DNA of 64,000 nucleotides from Raja brachyura. Lineage: Eukaryota. The stretch lies in NCBI GenBank assembly GCA_963514005.1, contig OY740815.1, positions 4,712,001 through 4,776,000 on the forward strand. Reading direction: 5' to 3'. Below, piece by piece: positions 12,581 to 25,521 of the stretch (positions are counted from its first letter, which is position 1; each line of letters begins with the position of its first letter). The position numbers and the translations under genes were made by a program. The notes beneath the pieces are model-generated. The model was not told where the DNA came from, ran no database searches, and saw nothing but the letters and a program-made list of their open reading frames with translations.

Positions 12581-13104
12581 TAAGAATTCATGATGAAATA
12601 CCGAATGAGGAACGAGCCATCTGTACTCCTGTACATAAGACAATGTTCAACCAATTTAATATAAACCTAAAAAGTTTTATTCCATACGATTGTAATAAAA
12701 CTGAGCATAATTTTAATAGCATCTCCAAGAATGCCTTTAGCTTACTCTTGCTGGCTTTTATTGTTGGTGGCTGTTCAATGTTTTGGATTTCTACAAACAC
12801 AAAGCAACATTCTTCAATTTGGAGTAATGTGCAGGATCTTAGATAAATTCAAAAATATTTAGTTTTTTGATGGAGTTTTGTTCTTCTGTATTCTACAAAT
12901 GTCTTCACCTCATTTTGTAATGTTGGACCAGGATGTTGAAAGCATATTAGTTTGTAAGGACTTGAGTCTTTTGAGTGTCGGAGGTTACTGGGAGAAGGCA
13001 GGAAAATGGGGTTGGGAGGGAAAGATAGATTTGCCATGATTGAATGGTGGAGTCGACTGGATGGGCTGAATGACCTAATTCTGCTCCTATAAATTATGAA
13101 CTTA

Positions 13105-13418
13105 TGGGCCTGTCCCAATGACGCAATTTTTTTTGGCGACTGCCGGCACCCATCATAGTTGAAGGAGGTCTCCGAAAATTTTCAACATGTGGAAAATCCA
13201 GTGGCGACCAGAACAAGGTACGACTCTTTGGGCAACCACTCACGACCATACAGGCTTCACCCCGCGACATGTCACCAGGGTGTCACCTGTGAGGTTGTGA
13301 GTAGTCTCCTCAGTCACCCAAAGAGTCATAGGGTCTTTCTGGTCATGTTGAAAATTTTCGGCGACCTATGACAGGTGCCGGCAGTTGCCGAAGAAGTCTA
13401 GTAAGTGGGATAGGCCCA
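13105..13418. mobile_element. PIF/Harbinger-type MITE
   Basis: TIRs TGGGCCTGTCCCA / TGGGATAGGCCCA; TTA TSD on both sides. Confidence 0.85.
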
Positions 13419-14044
13419 TTAGCAGCATCCAGTCTCAAGATTTGTTCCCTTTAGGAGGTGAGATGCAGGGAGGAATGTATCTTGTAGCACCACTCTCCCT
13501 GGTCGAGTCATATTGATAGAAATGTGAAAAATATCTGGAAGCAGAATAATTGATTATTAGCATGGAACGATGGGGCATGTCGGACTCGCGTCTTAAATTA
13601 TACCTTTTTGAGTTATAAGCAGCAGAGGAAAATACGTCGTGTTAGAATTCAGTTATAATTTCCACCACTTTTTTTAAATTTCATGGGCACCTGCCTGTGT
13701 CCAGTTAAATGTTCCTAATCATTTTTCTCCACAGAGTAAAACCATGTGAAAAGTTATATTTCAGAATGTTTGAGCGTTTGTTAACATACATCATTTAAAT
13801 AGGGCAGGTGAAAAATGCAAAGAGCATTCTTAATGCTACCTGATGTTAGCTTCCAAGATGAATCAGACCGTTAAAAACTGAAAAAAAGGAAGATACTGGA
13901 TCGGTGTGCTAAGTTTTGAGGCTTCATTGCATGAATAATAAGAAATAAACAATATGTTAGTTTATTTGCTGTCAACTTGGGAGGGTGATCTAGGTTAGCT
14001 GCACGCTTTCAAAAGTGCATTGCAAAATCTCCTTTAAGGTTTGG

Positions 14045-14335
14045 ACGGCATGGTGGCGCAGCGGCAGAGTTGCTGCCTTACAGTGCCAGAGACCCGTGTC
14101 GATCCTGACTATGGGTGCTATCTGTATGGTGTTTGTACGTTCTCCCTGTGACCACGTGGATTTCCTCTGGATGCTCCAGTTTCCGCCCGCATTCTAAAAA
14201 TGTGCAGGTATGTAGGTTAATTGGCTTCAATGAAAATTGTCCCTGGTGTTTGTAGGATAGTGTTAGTGTACGGGGTGGTCGGTGCGGACTCAGTGGGCTT
14301 AAGGGCCTGTTTCCACCCTGACTCAAATGTCTAAA
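14045..14335 (+). mobile_element. tRNA-derived V-SINE (HE1-like)
   Basis: A-box GGTGGCGCAGCGG, B-box GTCGATCC, V-domain, AAGGGCCTGTTTCC tail. Confidence 0.85.
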
Positions 14336-14349
14336 GTTACATAAGTCTA

Positions 14350-14965
14350 CGGATTTGAGTACAAGAGCAGGGAGGTTCTACTGCAGTTGTACAGGGTCTT
14401 GGTGAGGCCACACCTGGACTATTGCGTACAGTTTTGTTCTCCTAATCTGAGGAAAGACATTCTTGCCATAGAGGGAGTACAGAGAAGGTTCACCAGACTG
14501 ATTCCTGGGATGGCAGGACTTCCATATGAAGAAAGACTGGATAGACTCGGCTTGTACTCGCTGGAATTTAGAAGATCGAGGGGTGATCTAATAGAGACTT
14601 ACAAAATTCTTAAGGGGTTGGACAGGCTAGATGCTGGAAGATTGTTCCCGATGTTGGGGAAGTCCAGAACAAGGGGTCACAGTTTAAGGATAAGGGGGAA
14701 GTCTTTTAGGACCGAGATGAGAAAATCATTTTTCACACAGAGAGTGGTGAATCTGTGGAATTCTCTGCCACAGAAGGTAGTTGAGGCCAGTTCATTGGCT
14801 ATATTTAAGAGGGAGTTAGACGTGGCCCTTGTGGCTAAAGGGATCAGGGGGTATGGAGAGAAGGCAGGTACAGGATACTGAGTTGGATGATCAGTCATGA
14901 TAATATTGAATGGTGGTGCAGGCTCGAAGGGCCGAATGGCCTACTCCTGCACCTATTTTCTATGT
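14350..14965 (+). mobile_element. 5'-truncated CR1 LINE (ORF2 C-terminus and 3' UTR)
   Basis: ORF 14387..14881 LVRPHLDYCVQFCSP...RTRGHSLRI...FFTQRVVNLWNSLP is a typical CR1 ORF2 C-terminus. Confidence 0.92.
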
Positions 14966-15190
14966 TTACCTATTCCAAGAGGCAATTTTAAATGTTATAG
15001 GATGATCATTGCCCGTGTGAGAACATTGAGTAAACAACCTTTGCCTCTTTCCCTTGAACCTGATTCACTTGACTGTAACCATGTATTGTCTTTCTGCTGA
15101 CTGGCGAGCACACAACAAAAGCATTTCATTGTACCTCGGTACACGTAGCCTTACATCGGTAGTGGGGAAGATGTTTTCAAGAGAGAGTTA

Positions 15191-15488
15191 AGCCCCTGTC
15201 CCACTTTCCCACGTTACTCACAAGTTTTCCCCTTGATTCAAACTCGGAGAATTACGGTAATAGCCAGCCGTAGGTACTCGGGGCTATTTTGTTTACTCGT
15301 GGACATTTTTCAACATGCTGAAAAAAGTCCCGACTTACCTAATGCCCCGAGTACCTGCGGCTGGCGTTATGAGCCGCTACGAAATATCTACGGATGCCTA
15401 CGGACTCGCTACGGACAGTTTCCGAGTTTGAAGCAAGGGAATAACTCGGGAGAATTTGTGAGTAATTCGGGACAGTGGGACAGCGGCT
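15191..15488. mobile_element. PIF/Harbinger-type MITE nested in a CR1 tail
   Basis: TIRs AGCCCCTGTCCCACT / AGTGGGACAGCGGCT; TTA duplicated from the host GAGAGAGTTAGAT. Confidence 0.88.
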
Positions 15489-15728
15489 TTAGATTTAGCT
15501 CTTAGTGCTAACAGAATCAAGGGATATGGGGGAAAAGCAGGAACGGGGTACTGAATTTGGATGATCAGCCACGATCATATGGCTCGAAGGGCTGAATGGC
15601 CTACTCCTGCACCTATTTTCTATGTGACAATAAACTAAACTGTACTGAACTCCAGCACAGCTGTACAGGAAATGCAAATAGATAAGATTGATTGCACATT
15701 GATTGCTGATAAGATTGTACACGTAGAC

Positions 15729-16114
15729 TCAAGTCAAGTCAAAGTCAAACAAACTTTATTGTCATTTAGAAGTACATTGATACATGCAGTTCCAAACGAA
15801 ATTACGTTGCATTTGGCTCCCTGTGCAACACAATAAATTAACCGAAGGATAGGCATGGATGAAAAGGATAAATAGACAATAGTGGCAGCCCATTACATGG
15901 CATTCAGGAGTCTGATGGCTCGTGGGAAGAAGCTGTTGCAGAACCTTGATGTTCTGCTCCTTATGCTGCGGTATCTTTTTCCTGAGGGCAGCAGAGTGAA
16001 CAGTCCGTGATGGAGATGTGTGGGGTCTTTTATAATACTGCTGGCCTTAGACACACAGCGTTTGGTCGCAATATCCCCGATTGAGGGGAGAGAGGTCCCG
16101 ATGATTTTCTCCGC
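15729..16114 (-). mobile_element. 3' fragment of the same Rex1/Babar family as 43406-46412
   Basis: Reverse complement aligns with 46024-46412, including the 3' UTR and (GACTT)n tail. Confidence 0.9.
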
Positions 16115-17075
16115 ATACTAAACATACTTCAGATATGTTTAAACTCTTGGGAAGATGGGGAAAGATTGACCCGTTTACTTTGATAACGGTAGCAGTCACT
16201 GCAACTGGCACAGAAACACTGTCTAGTCTCGTATAAATCAACACAGTGAATTCAATATGTCAAATTTTACGTCAGGGTATATGTTTTGATGAAGGTGGCC
16301 ATAATTGATTCAGCACTGAATTGAGCTGTCAAGTTTACCAGGAAGTAAAAATGAAATGTTGACCTGCTACATTTTCTGTGGGGTTTCTGCCAGATTCCAT
16401 CTAACAGGTTGCCATAAAACGCGAGCATTTCAGTCCCAAGTCGACGTACTTTCCCCAAAATCTCACGGTATGGAAAAGATATGGATGATTCTTATTGAAC
16501 CTAGTTTTACATCCACAAGATGCTCTGTATTGAGACAAAATATAAATATATCCACACCCAACCCATTTTGTAACAGTCATTCAGAACAAGGAGCTTCACC
16601 TGTGGGAATGTTCATCACAGAACACTACTGGCTTGTGGCAGATTCACCGTATACACCGACTATATTTTGCCTGCAAAGCAGTTTTAAGTTTGTAACGCAT
16701 CCATGGTGACTTTATGCGGACAAAAACAACATTGCCCTCACCTTCTTCATCTCCCAAGTTCATAACCTTGACCTTGAATGCCTTTTCTCTGACCCACCTC
16801 CATTGCTCTCTGCTGGACCTACACCACCCTGGCCATGCTTTCATTTCACTCTTGCCATCGGGAAGAAGGTATAGCAGTCTGAAAACTGTAACGTCCAGGT
16901 TCAGGAACAGCTACCCAACGGCAATCAGGCTATTGAACATTATGAACTATAAATAAACTACACATGTCCTTGGTTGCACGCAGGACTGGACTTTGTTTTG
17001 TTTCTCGCACTACGTAGGTTTATTTATTTATTGAACATCTTTAATGTGTGTTTATTACATTAGTTATTGAGTACT

Positions 17076-17460
17076 CAAGATTCAAGATTCAAGAGAGTTT
17101 ATTGTCATATGTCCCAGATAGGACAATGAAATTCTTGCTTTGCATCAGCACAATGGAATATAGTAGGCATGAATACAGAACAGATCAGTGTGTCCATATA
17201 CCATTATATAAATATATACACACATTAATAAATAAGCAGATAAAGTGCAAATAAACAGATAATGGTCTATTAATGTTCAGAGATTTGTTTCAGATGAGTT
17301 TAATAGCCTGATGGCTGTGGGGAAGTAACTATTCCTGAACCTGGTCGTTGCAGTCTTCAGGCTCCTGTACCTTCTACCTGAAGGCAGCGGGGAGATGAGT
17401 GTGTGGCCAGGATGGTGTGGGTCCTTGATGATGCTGCCAGCCTTTTTGAGGCAGTGACAG
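17076..17460 (-). mobile_element. Rex1/Babar-like LINE 3' fragment
   Basis: ORF 17277..17474 SIIKDPHHPGH...LPSGRRYRS...RFRNSYFPTAIRLLN; (TCTTGAA)n tail. A related + strand fragment lies at ~16790-17050. Confidence 0.85.
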
Positions 17461-18078
17461 AATATAGTAGGCATTTACAAACCTGTTTGTGATGCTACAA
17501 GTAATAATTTAATTGTTCTGCTGGGAATATATGACAATAAAGCACTTTGGACCTTCTTATTTCACTTCTTCACTGTTGTTCATTCAGGAGCTCGTACACC
17601 AGCCAGGCCCATCACTTTGATTCAGTTCCCTGTGTGTAGAACTGTGCACATGAGGCTGTTGGATAGTAAGTTTGCAGACTCCAGCCAGGGGCATCTTGTA
17701 AACTGGCTGTGGCTAAAGACACTTGCAGAGTGTCTGACAATATCTTTCTCTTTATGGTACCAGATAAATTGAAGTTGTTGCAGAGTCACAGGGTGCTGTT
17801 GGATAATTCATTGTTGCACTGTGTGTTAACTCGTTGCATTGGGCACTCTGTTTCTGCAGCATGTAGTTCACACTGCAGCACCTCAATCACATCGGTTTAA
17901 TTTACTAAAGGCCAGAGGCAGGAAGGCCTCATCGTCTGGCTCTAACTCTGACTTTGACCGAGCGCCTCTGCTCTCTCATTCTATGCAAGACAGAGTTTGA
18001 TTCCCCAAAAAAGACACAAAGTAACTCAGCGGGTCAGGCAGCATCTCTGGAGAACATGGATAGGTAACGTTTAGGGTC

Positions 18079-18359
18079 ATTATTTATTAAATCGTTAGCG
18101 AGGCAGTGGTGCTGGCTTCCGACGGGCATTCCTTACAATGCTATGTCCGACAGTGATCGCAACTTCCACTGAAGTCTGGATGGCCCTTGGCTCGCTAGGA
18201 GCTCATCCGCCCTTGTTTTTGGTCCTGCTGGGGGTCCACAGCCCCCTCCTCACCTGGCAAACCAGGTAGGGGAGACGGTTTAGTCGCCGACTATCCAACC
18301 ATGGAGCGAGTAGCACGGGGTTACATGGTACCCCTGGCCTGGCTTGCAGGGACATGTTA
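18079..18359 (-). mobile_element. Probable short RTE-like retroposon with TAA-rich tail, inserted into a Penelope-derived repeat
   Basis: Interrupts the host motif GTTT(C/A)GGGTC|GAGACC. Minus strand ends TTTAATAAATAATG. CpG-rich and hairpin-rich. Confidence 0.45.
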
Positions 18360-19013
18360 GAGACCTGACATGTCAGGTCAGGACACTTTTTAGAGTAGTT
18401 GTGAGAGGGGGAGGGAGCCATAAGGTAAATACGCAGGTGGTTGGCCAGAATTAAAAGACAAAAAGTGTGAGATGAGGATGGAAGGGGTGCGATTTGTGAA
18501 GCCGAGGAAGAAGGGGGTTTGGGGAGGTGGAAAGGGGGAAATGGGTGCAAATTCACCTGGGGCACAGGGAAGAGGGGGGGGAGGGGGAAAAAAAGTTTAA
18601 AAATTAGATTTTAAATTGTGTAGGTGGGGGGGGGCTCTGTAGATCAGTTTTCTGAAATTGGAGAATTCAGTGTTTACTGTTGTGTGGTGCCTTTTTAAAA
18701 TAGCTGTTTTTTCTTTTTTTTTCCTCCCACAAGTATGTAATATGTGAATATGTGATTCTGTTCCATTCTGGTGTGTAGCTGTTTTGCACAATTGGCAATT
18801 TTCATTTCACTGCACATCTCGTATGTGTACGTGACGAATAAACCTGACTTGACTTATTCTGTGAGGTTGAAAGCTACTCAAACGGCATTTTCCCTGACGT
18901 GCATATCAAGATGGATACTTTGAATCTTGAATCGCAGCTTGTGAGGTCTGCGCTTGCTTGGGATAAGGTAATTCTGGATGAACACTGACGTGCATGAAAC
19001 TTTGTGTGCCCAG

Positions 19014-19245
19014 GTTATTTGCTGTCGAAGCGAGAAGGCCAGGCTGGGTCGCCGGAGAAGCCACTGTCTGACCTGGGCCGCCTGTCGTACATGGCCTACT
19101 GGAAGAGCGTGATCTTGGAGTGCCTTCACCAATGTCGTGACAAGCAGCTTAGCATCAAGAAGCTGAGCAAACTAACCGGGATCTGTCCCCAGGACATCAC
19201 CACCATTCTCCACCATCTAAAGATGTTACAGTTACGCAGTGACCG
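19014..19245 (+). CDS. KAT6A: KAT6A coding exon (catalytic Glu region: [36 protein letters not shown]...LRSD-R)
   Basis: ORF 19004..19381 carries the [10 protein letters not shown] motif; CAG acceptor, CG|GTATGT donor; phases consistent with neighbours. Confidence 0.97.
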
Positions 19246-20214
19246 GTATGTTAACATCTCACAACCTGTCATTAATTTACTTTCTTTGTTTGTAAGGAGC
19301 AACAAATGCACCTGTCATGTTCATCTTCTGAAAGGTATACAGTGCATAGTAAGGCCAAACAACTTTTTTGGCGCGTGGTAGATTATATCCTCTAAAGCCA
19401 CTCCCAAATCCCTTAATATCACCATTTGTGTCTGACCATTTGTGGTCCTCAATCCTCTCATCTCCCTTTATGGCTCGGTGTCATTTTTGTTAGCTGGGTG
19501 TCCCTGAATCTCGGGGCATGCGCATTCACACTTCTGTAACACCTGCCTAATGGGAGAGGGGAGAAGAGGGGTGAGACTCGTCCTTGATTGTGGTGGTGGC
19601 CTTGCCGAGGTAGAGTGAAGTGTGGATGGAGTCGATGGAAGGGAGGTTGGTTTGTTTGACGGTCTGGCCTGCGTCCTCAATTCTCTGCAATGTCTTGCGG
19701 TCTTGGATGGAGCTGTTCCCAAACCCCAGTAAAGTGATGAGATGCCTTATTCCTATTATCTACCTAAGTGGCTTCATTGGATGAAACCTCCGGGATAACC
19801 TGTTTACGTACTTCCATGATGTTCTCCTTAATCAGTCCCCCAATTCCCACGGCCAAGTCCTGGAATATACCCTGGAATGTTAACCTGCCAGTCCTGCTCT
19901 CCCTTCAACCATGTTTCCAGGATTGTGATTTCAAGTACTCATTTGCAAAAAGTCTTAAATGTTGTAAGCATTCCTGCCTCCATCACCCACTCTGACAGTG
20001 CTTTTGACATTCCCATCGTACTTCGGGTGGAAAATCTCTCCTCAAATCCTTCTAAACTGCTAACCTCTTGCCCCTTACTCGTGGTATATTGTTGACATTT
20101 ATTTTGCTAAATGTAGCTTGATTTTTAATTGATCTGCTTACCGGCACCTTTTTATCGACAAGCATTTTTACTGATTAAACATATCCCCTCTAACTCTAGA
20201 TAACTCTCGTGTTA

Positions 20215-20525
20215 AGGGCCTGTCCCACTGTACGAGGTAATTCAAGAGTTCACCTGAGTTTCCCCTGATTCAACCTCGGAGAATTACAATAATAGCCGCT
20301 CGTAGGTACTCGGGGGGGCTCTCGTGGACATTTTTCAGCATGTTGAAAAAACTTCACGAGCTTACTGCGTTTCCCGAGTACCTGCCGTTAGTGTTACGAG
20401 CCGCTAAGAGACGTCCCCGAGCTCCGGCGTAGCCGCTACGTACATTCTACGTGCTTACCACGCGTTTGATTTTTTTTTTAACTCGGGAGAGCTCTTGAAT
20501 CACTTCGCATAGTGGGACAGGCCCT
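20215..20525. mobile_element. PIF/Harbinger-type MITE
   Basis: TIRs AGGGCCTGTCCCACT / AGTGGGACAGGCCCT; flanks TTA / TAA. Confidence 0.88.
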
Positions 20526-20777
20526 TAATGATAACTTTCTTGTGAGTTATTCTATCCCCTAATTTGCAAATCTCTCTATCAGGTCCTCCTTCAACACTCT
20601 CTTTCAGACTTAATAACTAACGGTTTATTTCTTTTTGATTGCAGACACATTTGTTGGTTTAAAGCACAGTTGCTGACCTGTACTTGTACTGTTGTGATCC
20701 TCCGTTGGGTTCTGACATTTCATTGTGCTTCTGCCTTGCAGTGTCCTTTGATGTGTCTCTTTTTAACTTGTTGAAAG

Positions 20778-20958
20778 GTTTCTGGTCATTCGGCGAGAGA
20801 AGCTGATTCAAGATCACATGGCAAAGCTTAAAGCGAATCCACGTCAGATTGGAGTTGACCCTGACAGTTTACGCTGGACTCCTTTAATCTTTTCCAACAC
20901 GGTAGTGTCCGAGGAAGAGGAGGATGAAGAAGAGGAAGAAGAGACTCCAGCATTAAAG
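20778..20958 (+). CDS. KAT6A: KAT6A coding exon (end of MYST domain: [35 protein letters not shown]...EEETPALK)
   Basis: ORF 20818..21072 plus upstream codons; AAG acceptor, AAG|GTAACA donor. Confidence 0.95.
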
Positions 20959-21504
20959 GTAACAGTTCACAACACAAGGCGTAACTTTCTGATTCTCTTT
21001 TTCATCGGTGCATCGTCAGCTGATTTGCCTTCTGAGCCAAATTATTCCCGATTTAACATTTTCCTGACATAAATGTATTGGGACGGCACAGCAGCGCAGT
21101 GGTAGAGCTAACAAAGTCTTTCGTTCATTGTTCTTTATCTCTACATCTCTCGTTTCCCTTTTCCCCAACTAGCCTGATAGAAGGGCCTCGACTCGAAACA
21201 TCTCCCATCCCTTCTCTCCAGAGATGCTGGCTGTCCCGCCGAGTTACTCCAGCTTTTTGTGTCTACGGTTTAAACCGGCATCAGACGTTCCTTCCCACTA
21301 AATGAAATGCCATGTGTCATGGCATAAAGAGAGCTCTTGGTTGTTTTAAGTTTCAAGCTGTCAAAGGTGGCACGGTGCTGCCGCGGTAAAATTGCTGCCT
21401 CACAGCGCCAGAGACCCGACCCTGACTGTGGGTGCATTTCGTGTCTCACCTTCTGTGAGAGTTAATTCACTGTCCATGTGTTAAACGTGATTTATTCCCA
21501 ACAG

Positions 21505-21795
21505 ACTGAAAACGCCGTTGAGTTGTGGGATAAGAAGGAACTCAACGGCTATGCACCAATCCAGAACGGCCGGCAAATCACATTGTGTGCATCAAACGGC
21601 AAAACCCGGCAGGACATCGTTGCCGACGGTCTTCTGCCTAACGGTGATGGCAAGAGGAAGCATTTCAGTGAAAGCAGCGAGGAGGAGGAAGAGGAGGAGG
21701 AGGAGGAAGATGGGGAGGGTGAAGAAGGCGATGAGGCAAGGCCAAGTTCTCCGCCTGTACTCACAAAACCAGCGCTGCGGGGAGTGAAGAGGAAG
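21505..21795 (+). CDS. KAT6A: KAT6A coding exon (acidic region: TENAVELWDKK...FSESSEEEE...SSPPVLTKPALRGVKRK)
   Basis: FSESSEEE and SSPP.LTKP.L..KRK match KAT6A; CAG acceptor, AAG|GTAAGC donor; phase 0/0. Confidence 0.9.
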
Positions 21796-21894
21796 GTAAG
21801 CTTGTGGAAAGTGGCTTGGTGCTTTTTCCAGATCAAAAGGGTCGTATTTTGGAGTCAATTGCGAAGCACACCGCAATAATCCTTACCCAGACTT

Positions 21895-22155
21895 TGTTCA
21901 GCTTGGAGATACCCCGCGGAAACAAGCCCTTTGGCCCACCGAGTCTGCATCGACCAGTGATCCCCGCACAACAACACTATCCCACGGACAATTTACATTT
22001 ATACCAAGCCCATTAACCTACAAACCTGTGTGCCTTTGGAGTGTGGGGGGAAACCAGAGCACCCAGGGAAAACCCACACGGTCACAGGGAGAACGTACAA
22101 ATTCCGTACGGACAGCACCCGTAGTCGGGATCTACCACTGTACCACTGTGTCGCC
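21895..22155 (-). mobile_element. tRNA-derived V-SINE (HE1-like); further minus-strand copies at ~22840-23015 and ~23555-23850
   Basis: Reverse complement of the V-domain (CACAGGGAGAACGTACAAA) and of the tail. Confidence 0.8.
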
Positions 22156-22293
22156 CAACAATGCTATAGAATCACACAAGAGGTCCTAAGTTTACAATGG
22201 TGCAAACTAGCTTCACTTAAAGATAATGATGACTGTTTGGACACGCATGCAAGAAACACGCAGCAAGATGTCCTCATGGCAGTGTTACAGTAT

Positions 22294-22700
22294 CAAGTCA
22301 AGTCAATTTTATTTGACTTGATACATACATACAGCGCTCCCTCAGAGGACCTCAAGAAACGCTTGTGTGTAGAAATAGGTTTTAAGTCTAGACTTAAGGA
22401 GGGGGCAGTTCTGATGAGAAGAGGGATGCTGTTCCACAGTCTAGGTGCTGCAACCGCAGAAGCGCGGTCGCCCCTGGACCACGGGATGGTCAGTAACCCC
22501 AAGTCGGCTGACCTGAGGGACCTGGCGATAGCATGATGGGTTAGCAGATTTTTGATGTATATGGGGCAAGCCCGTTAAGGGCTTTGTATACATAAAGGAG
22601 GAGCTTGAAATTGATTCTGAACCGCACTGGGAGCCAGTGGAGAGAGGCCAGAATCGGGGTGATGTCCCTTTTTCGGCTATGGCAGGGATGAGGTTCAATT
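22294..22700 (-). mobile_element. L2 LINE 3' fragment
   Basis: ITPILASLHWLPVRFRINFKLLL and GDRA(F)SVAAPRLWNSIP motifs in ORFs 22541..22738 and 22293..22502; (GACTT)n tail. Confidence 0.85.
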
Positions 22701-24960
22701 ACCCTTTCAACTTGAGCTTTCCCTAATAGTACTGCCAATGATGAATATATTAGGAATTAGGGGAGGAACGCTAGCTGTAATGTAGTTGATTTACTTTAGT
22801 TTGGGGATTCAGCTCTGGAAAAAATGACCTTTTACCCAAAAGGCCAATAAACCTGCAAGTCTTTGGGATGTGGGAGGAAACCAGAGCACCGGGAGGAATC
22901 CCGGGTAGTCACAGGGAGAACGTGCCAGTTCCATACAGACGGTGGCCGAGGTCAGGATTGAACCTGGTTCACCGGCGCGGTGAGGCAGCAGCTCTACCAG
23001 CTGCGCCACTGTGTGGCAGTGTGATCAGACGGCACACAAAGTGAAATCTGATTATAACCTCCACACGTTTAATGCAATCAATAATTCATGAAGAGATGAG
23101 GCCAGAAATATACCAATGCCAATCCAAATGATCTAACAACTGGCAATATATAGCAGCTGCCCTGACATCCAAGGGACTCTATTTTCATAGCATTTCTAAC
23201 TTCACTGACTGAAAGAAAAAAAATCATATTGTAAAGCTAACTGAATAACAAGATATTTTAGTATTTATTCTTTTACAATGCATGACTGTTGCAAAGGCTT
23301 CACTGTTTCTGTGGAGAGCAAGGCAATACTGAATAAACTGATTATCGATATTAGAGCCACATGCATTACTTTTTCTGTCTTAAGTTTACCATTCATTCAT
23401 CCGTCCATTCCCATTGTAGTCTCACTTCTAATGATGTTGATTTTTCTATACCTTTAATATTAACTGTGACTGACTGTGAACTGAATATAATTGGATTCAT
23501 TCAGAAATTATTCCCAATTATAAGAATAAGGGTGAAAAATGTTGCAGAGCGAATGGTTTAGTTTGGAGATACAGCGTAGATGCAGGCCCTTCGGCCCACC
23601 CAGTCCACACTGGCGAACGATCTCTTGTACACTAGTTCTACACACTGGGGACAATTTACAGAAACGACTTGGCCTTCAAACTCGCACGTCTTTGGAATGT
23701 AGGAGCAAACCAGAACACCTGGTGAAAAGCCACACAGGTCACAGGGAGCATGTACACACTCCGTTTGTCCGACAGCAGCCGTTGTCAGGATTGAACCCGG
23801 GTCTCTGGCACTCTAAGGCAGCAACTCTACCGCTGCGCCACTGTGCCACCCCTCAGAGGTTCTAGAGTGCATTGCCAGTATGATTTGTGGAGAGAGAGAT
23901 AACCGTAGCATTCGGAAGGAGCCAGATTTCTGAAAAGAAATAATTTTGTGGGAAGACTGGCTGGGTGGGGGTTCCAGAGAAATGGTACCAACTCAATGGC
24001 CAAACAACCGCCTTGCAAATTGTAAATATTCTGTGATGAGCATGAGGAAAGGATATTCTATACATTATTGTCATCGTTTATTGGAACATAGGAATTGGAT
24101 ACAGGTCCTTCAATCAGTCTGAAGAAGGGTCTCGTCATCCATTCCTTCCCTCCAGAGATGCTGCCGGTCCCGCTGAGTTACTCCAGCATTTTGTGTCCAC
24201 ACTCAGTCCTTCAAACCTGCTTCACTTTGCACTGAGATCTTGGTTTGAGGGCAACCACAACTGCATTCCTGCCTTTCACAGTAAGCCTTTTTACCACTTT
24301 GCTCATGGAGAATCTAACTTGCTCTGTCTTAAAAATATTCAAAGATTCTGCGTCAACCCGGCTTTGGACAAGAGAGTTCCAAAGGCGCTCAGTCCCTTCG
24401 AGAGAAGAAATGTCACCTTATCGTTGCCTTAAATGGGTAACTCCTTATTTTTGTTAACATAGCTACACCCCTCCCGTTCTAATTCCCCCATAAGAGGAAA
24501 CATCATCTTCACATCCACCCTGTTGACACCTGGCACCTCTGACAATCACCCAGCTTGTAATATGGGACAAGATCTACTGTACACCTGATCTCAATCCAAA
24601 ATGATTTTACATTTCCAACAGAGTTTCACTAGATGGCAGTGTCTACCACATTTTGGTCTTGAGTGAGATTGTTCCTCGAAATGAAATTTAACTCTCAATA
24701 TTTCAAAACTAGCTGATGCCTCAGCCCACCAACCGCCCCAACACAACCTGAAATCATTCTGGTTCTGCTGGTTTTAAACACCATGGAATCTGCTGATTTT
24801 TCAGTTGCAACATTGAGATTATGTTTTTAAGCTGCATCGCGATCCAATCCCATTCCAGCAGAGATAGGTCGTAAGTTGCAGGAACAGAATGAATCCATTT
24901 GGCCCGTCAAGTCTACTCAGCCATTCAATTCATGGCTAATCTATCTCTCCATCTCAGCAC

Positions 24961-25392
24961 ATGTCATATCCTGAGAGAATGGAGCGGCTGGGCTTGTACA
25001 CTCTGGAGTTTAGAAGGATGAGAGGGGATCTCATTGAAACATATAAGATTGTTAAGGGTTTGGACACGCTAGAGGCAGGAAACGTGTTCCCGATGTTGGG
25101 GGAGTCCAGAACCAGGGGCCACAGTTTAAGAATAAGGAGTAAGCCATTTGGAACGGAGATGAGGAAACACTTTTTCTCACAGAGAGTGGTGAGTGTGGAA
25201 TTCTCTGCCTCAGAGGGCGGTGGAGGCAGGTTCTTTCAAGAGAGAGCTAGATAGGGCTCTTGAAAATAGCGGAGTCAGGGGATATGGGGAGAAGGCAGGA
25301 ACGGGGCACTGATTGGGGATGATCAGCCATGATCACATTGAATAGCGGTGCAGGCTCGAAGGGCCGAATGGCCGCTCCTGCACCCATTGTCT
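24961..25392 (+). mobile_element. CR1 LINE 3' fragment
   Basis: ORF SYPERMERLGLYTLEFRRMRGDLIETYKI plus CR1 3' UTR. Confidence 0.9.
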
Positions 25393-25521
25393 AACACCGT
25401 TCTCCCCATAAACCCCAACACTCACTAATCAAGAGATGGGGAAATTTACACAGTTTGTGCTTTTAGAGTGGAGAGAGGCTGGCAAGTGACTTATAGAGCC
25501 ATTCACCCAGTGCCAGGGAGC

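Noticed and set aside
14045-14115. tRNA-like A/B boxes here and at ~12100, 37115, 49955 and 51452
   Set aside because: Heads of V-SINEs continuing into the V-domain; not complete cloverleaf tRNA genes.
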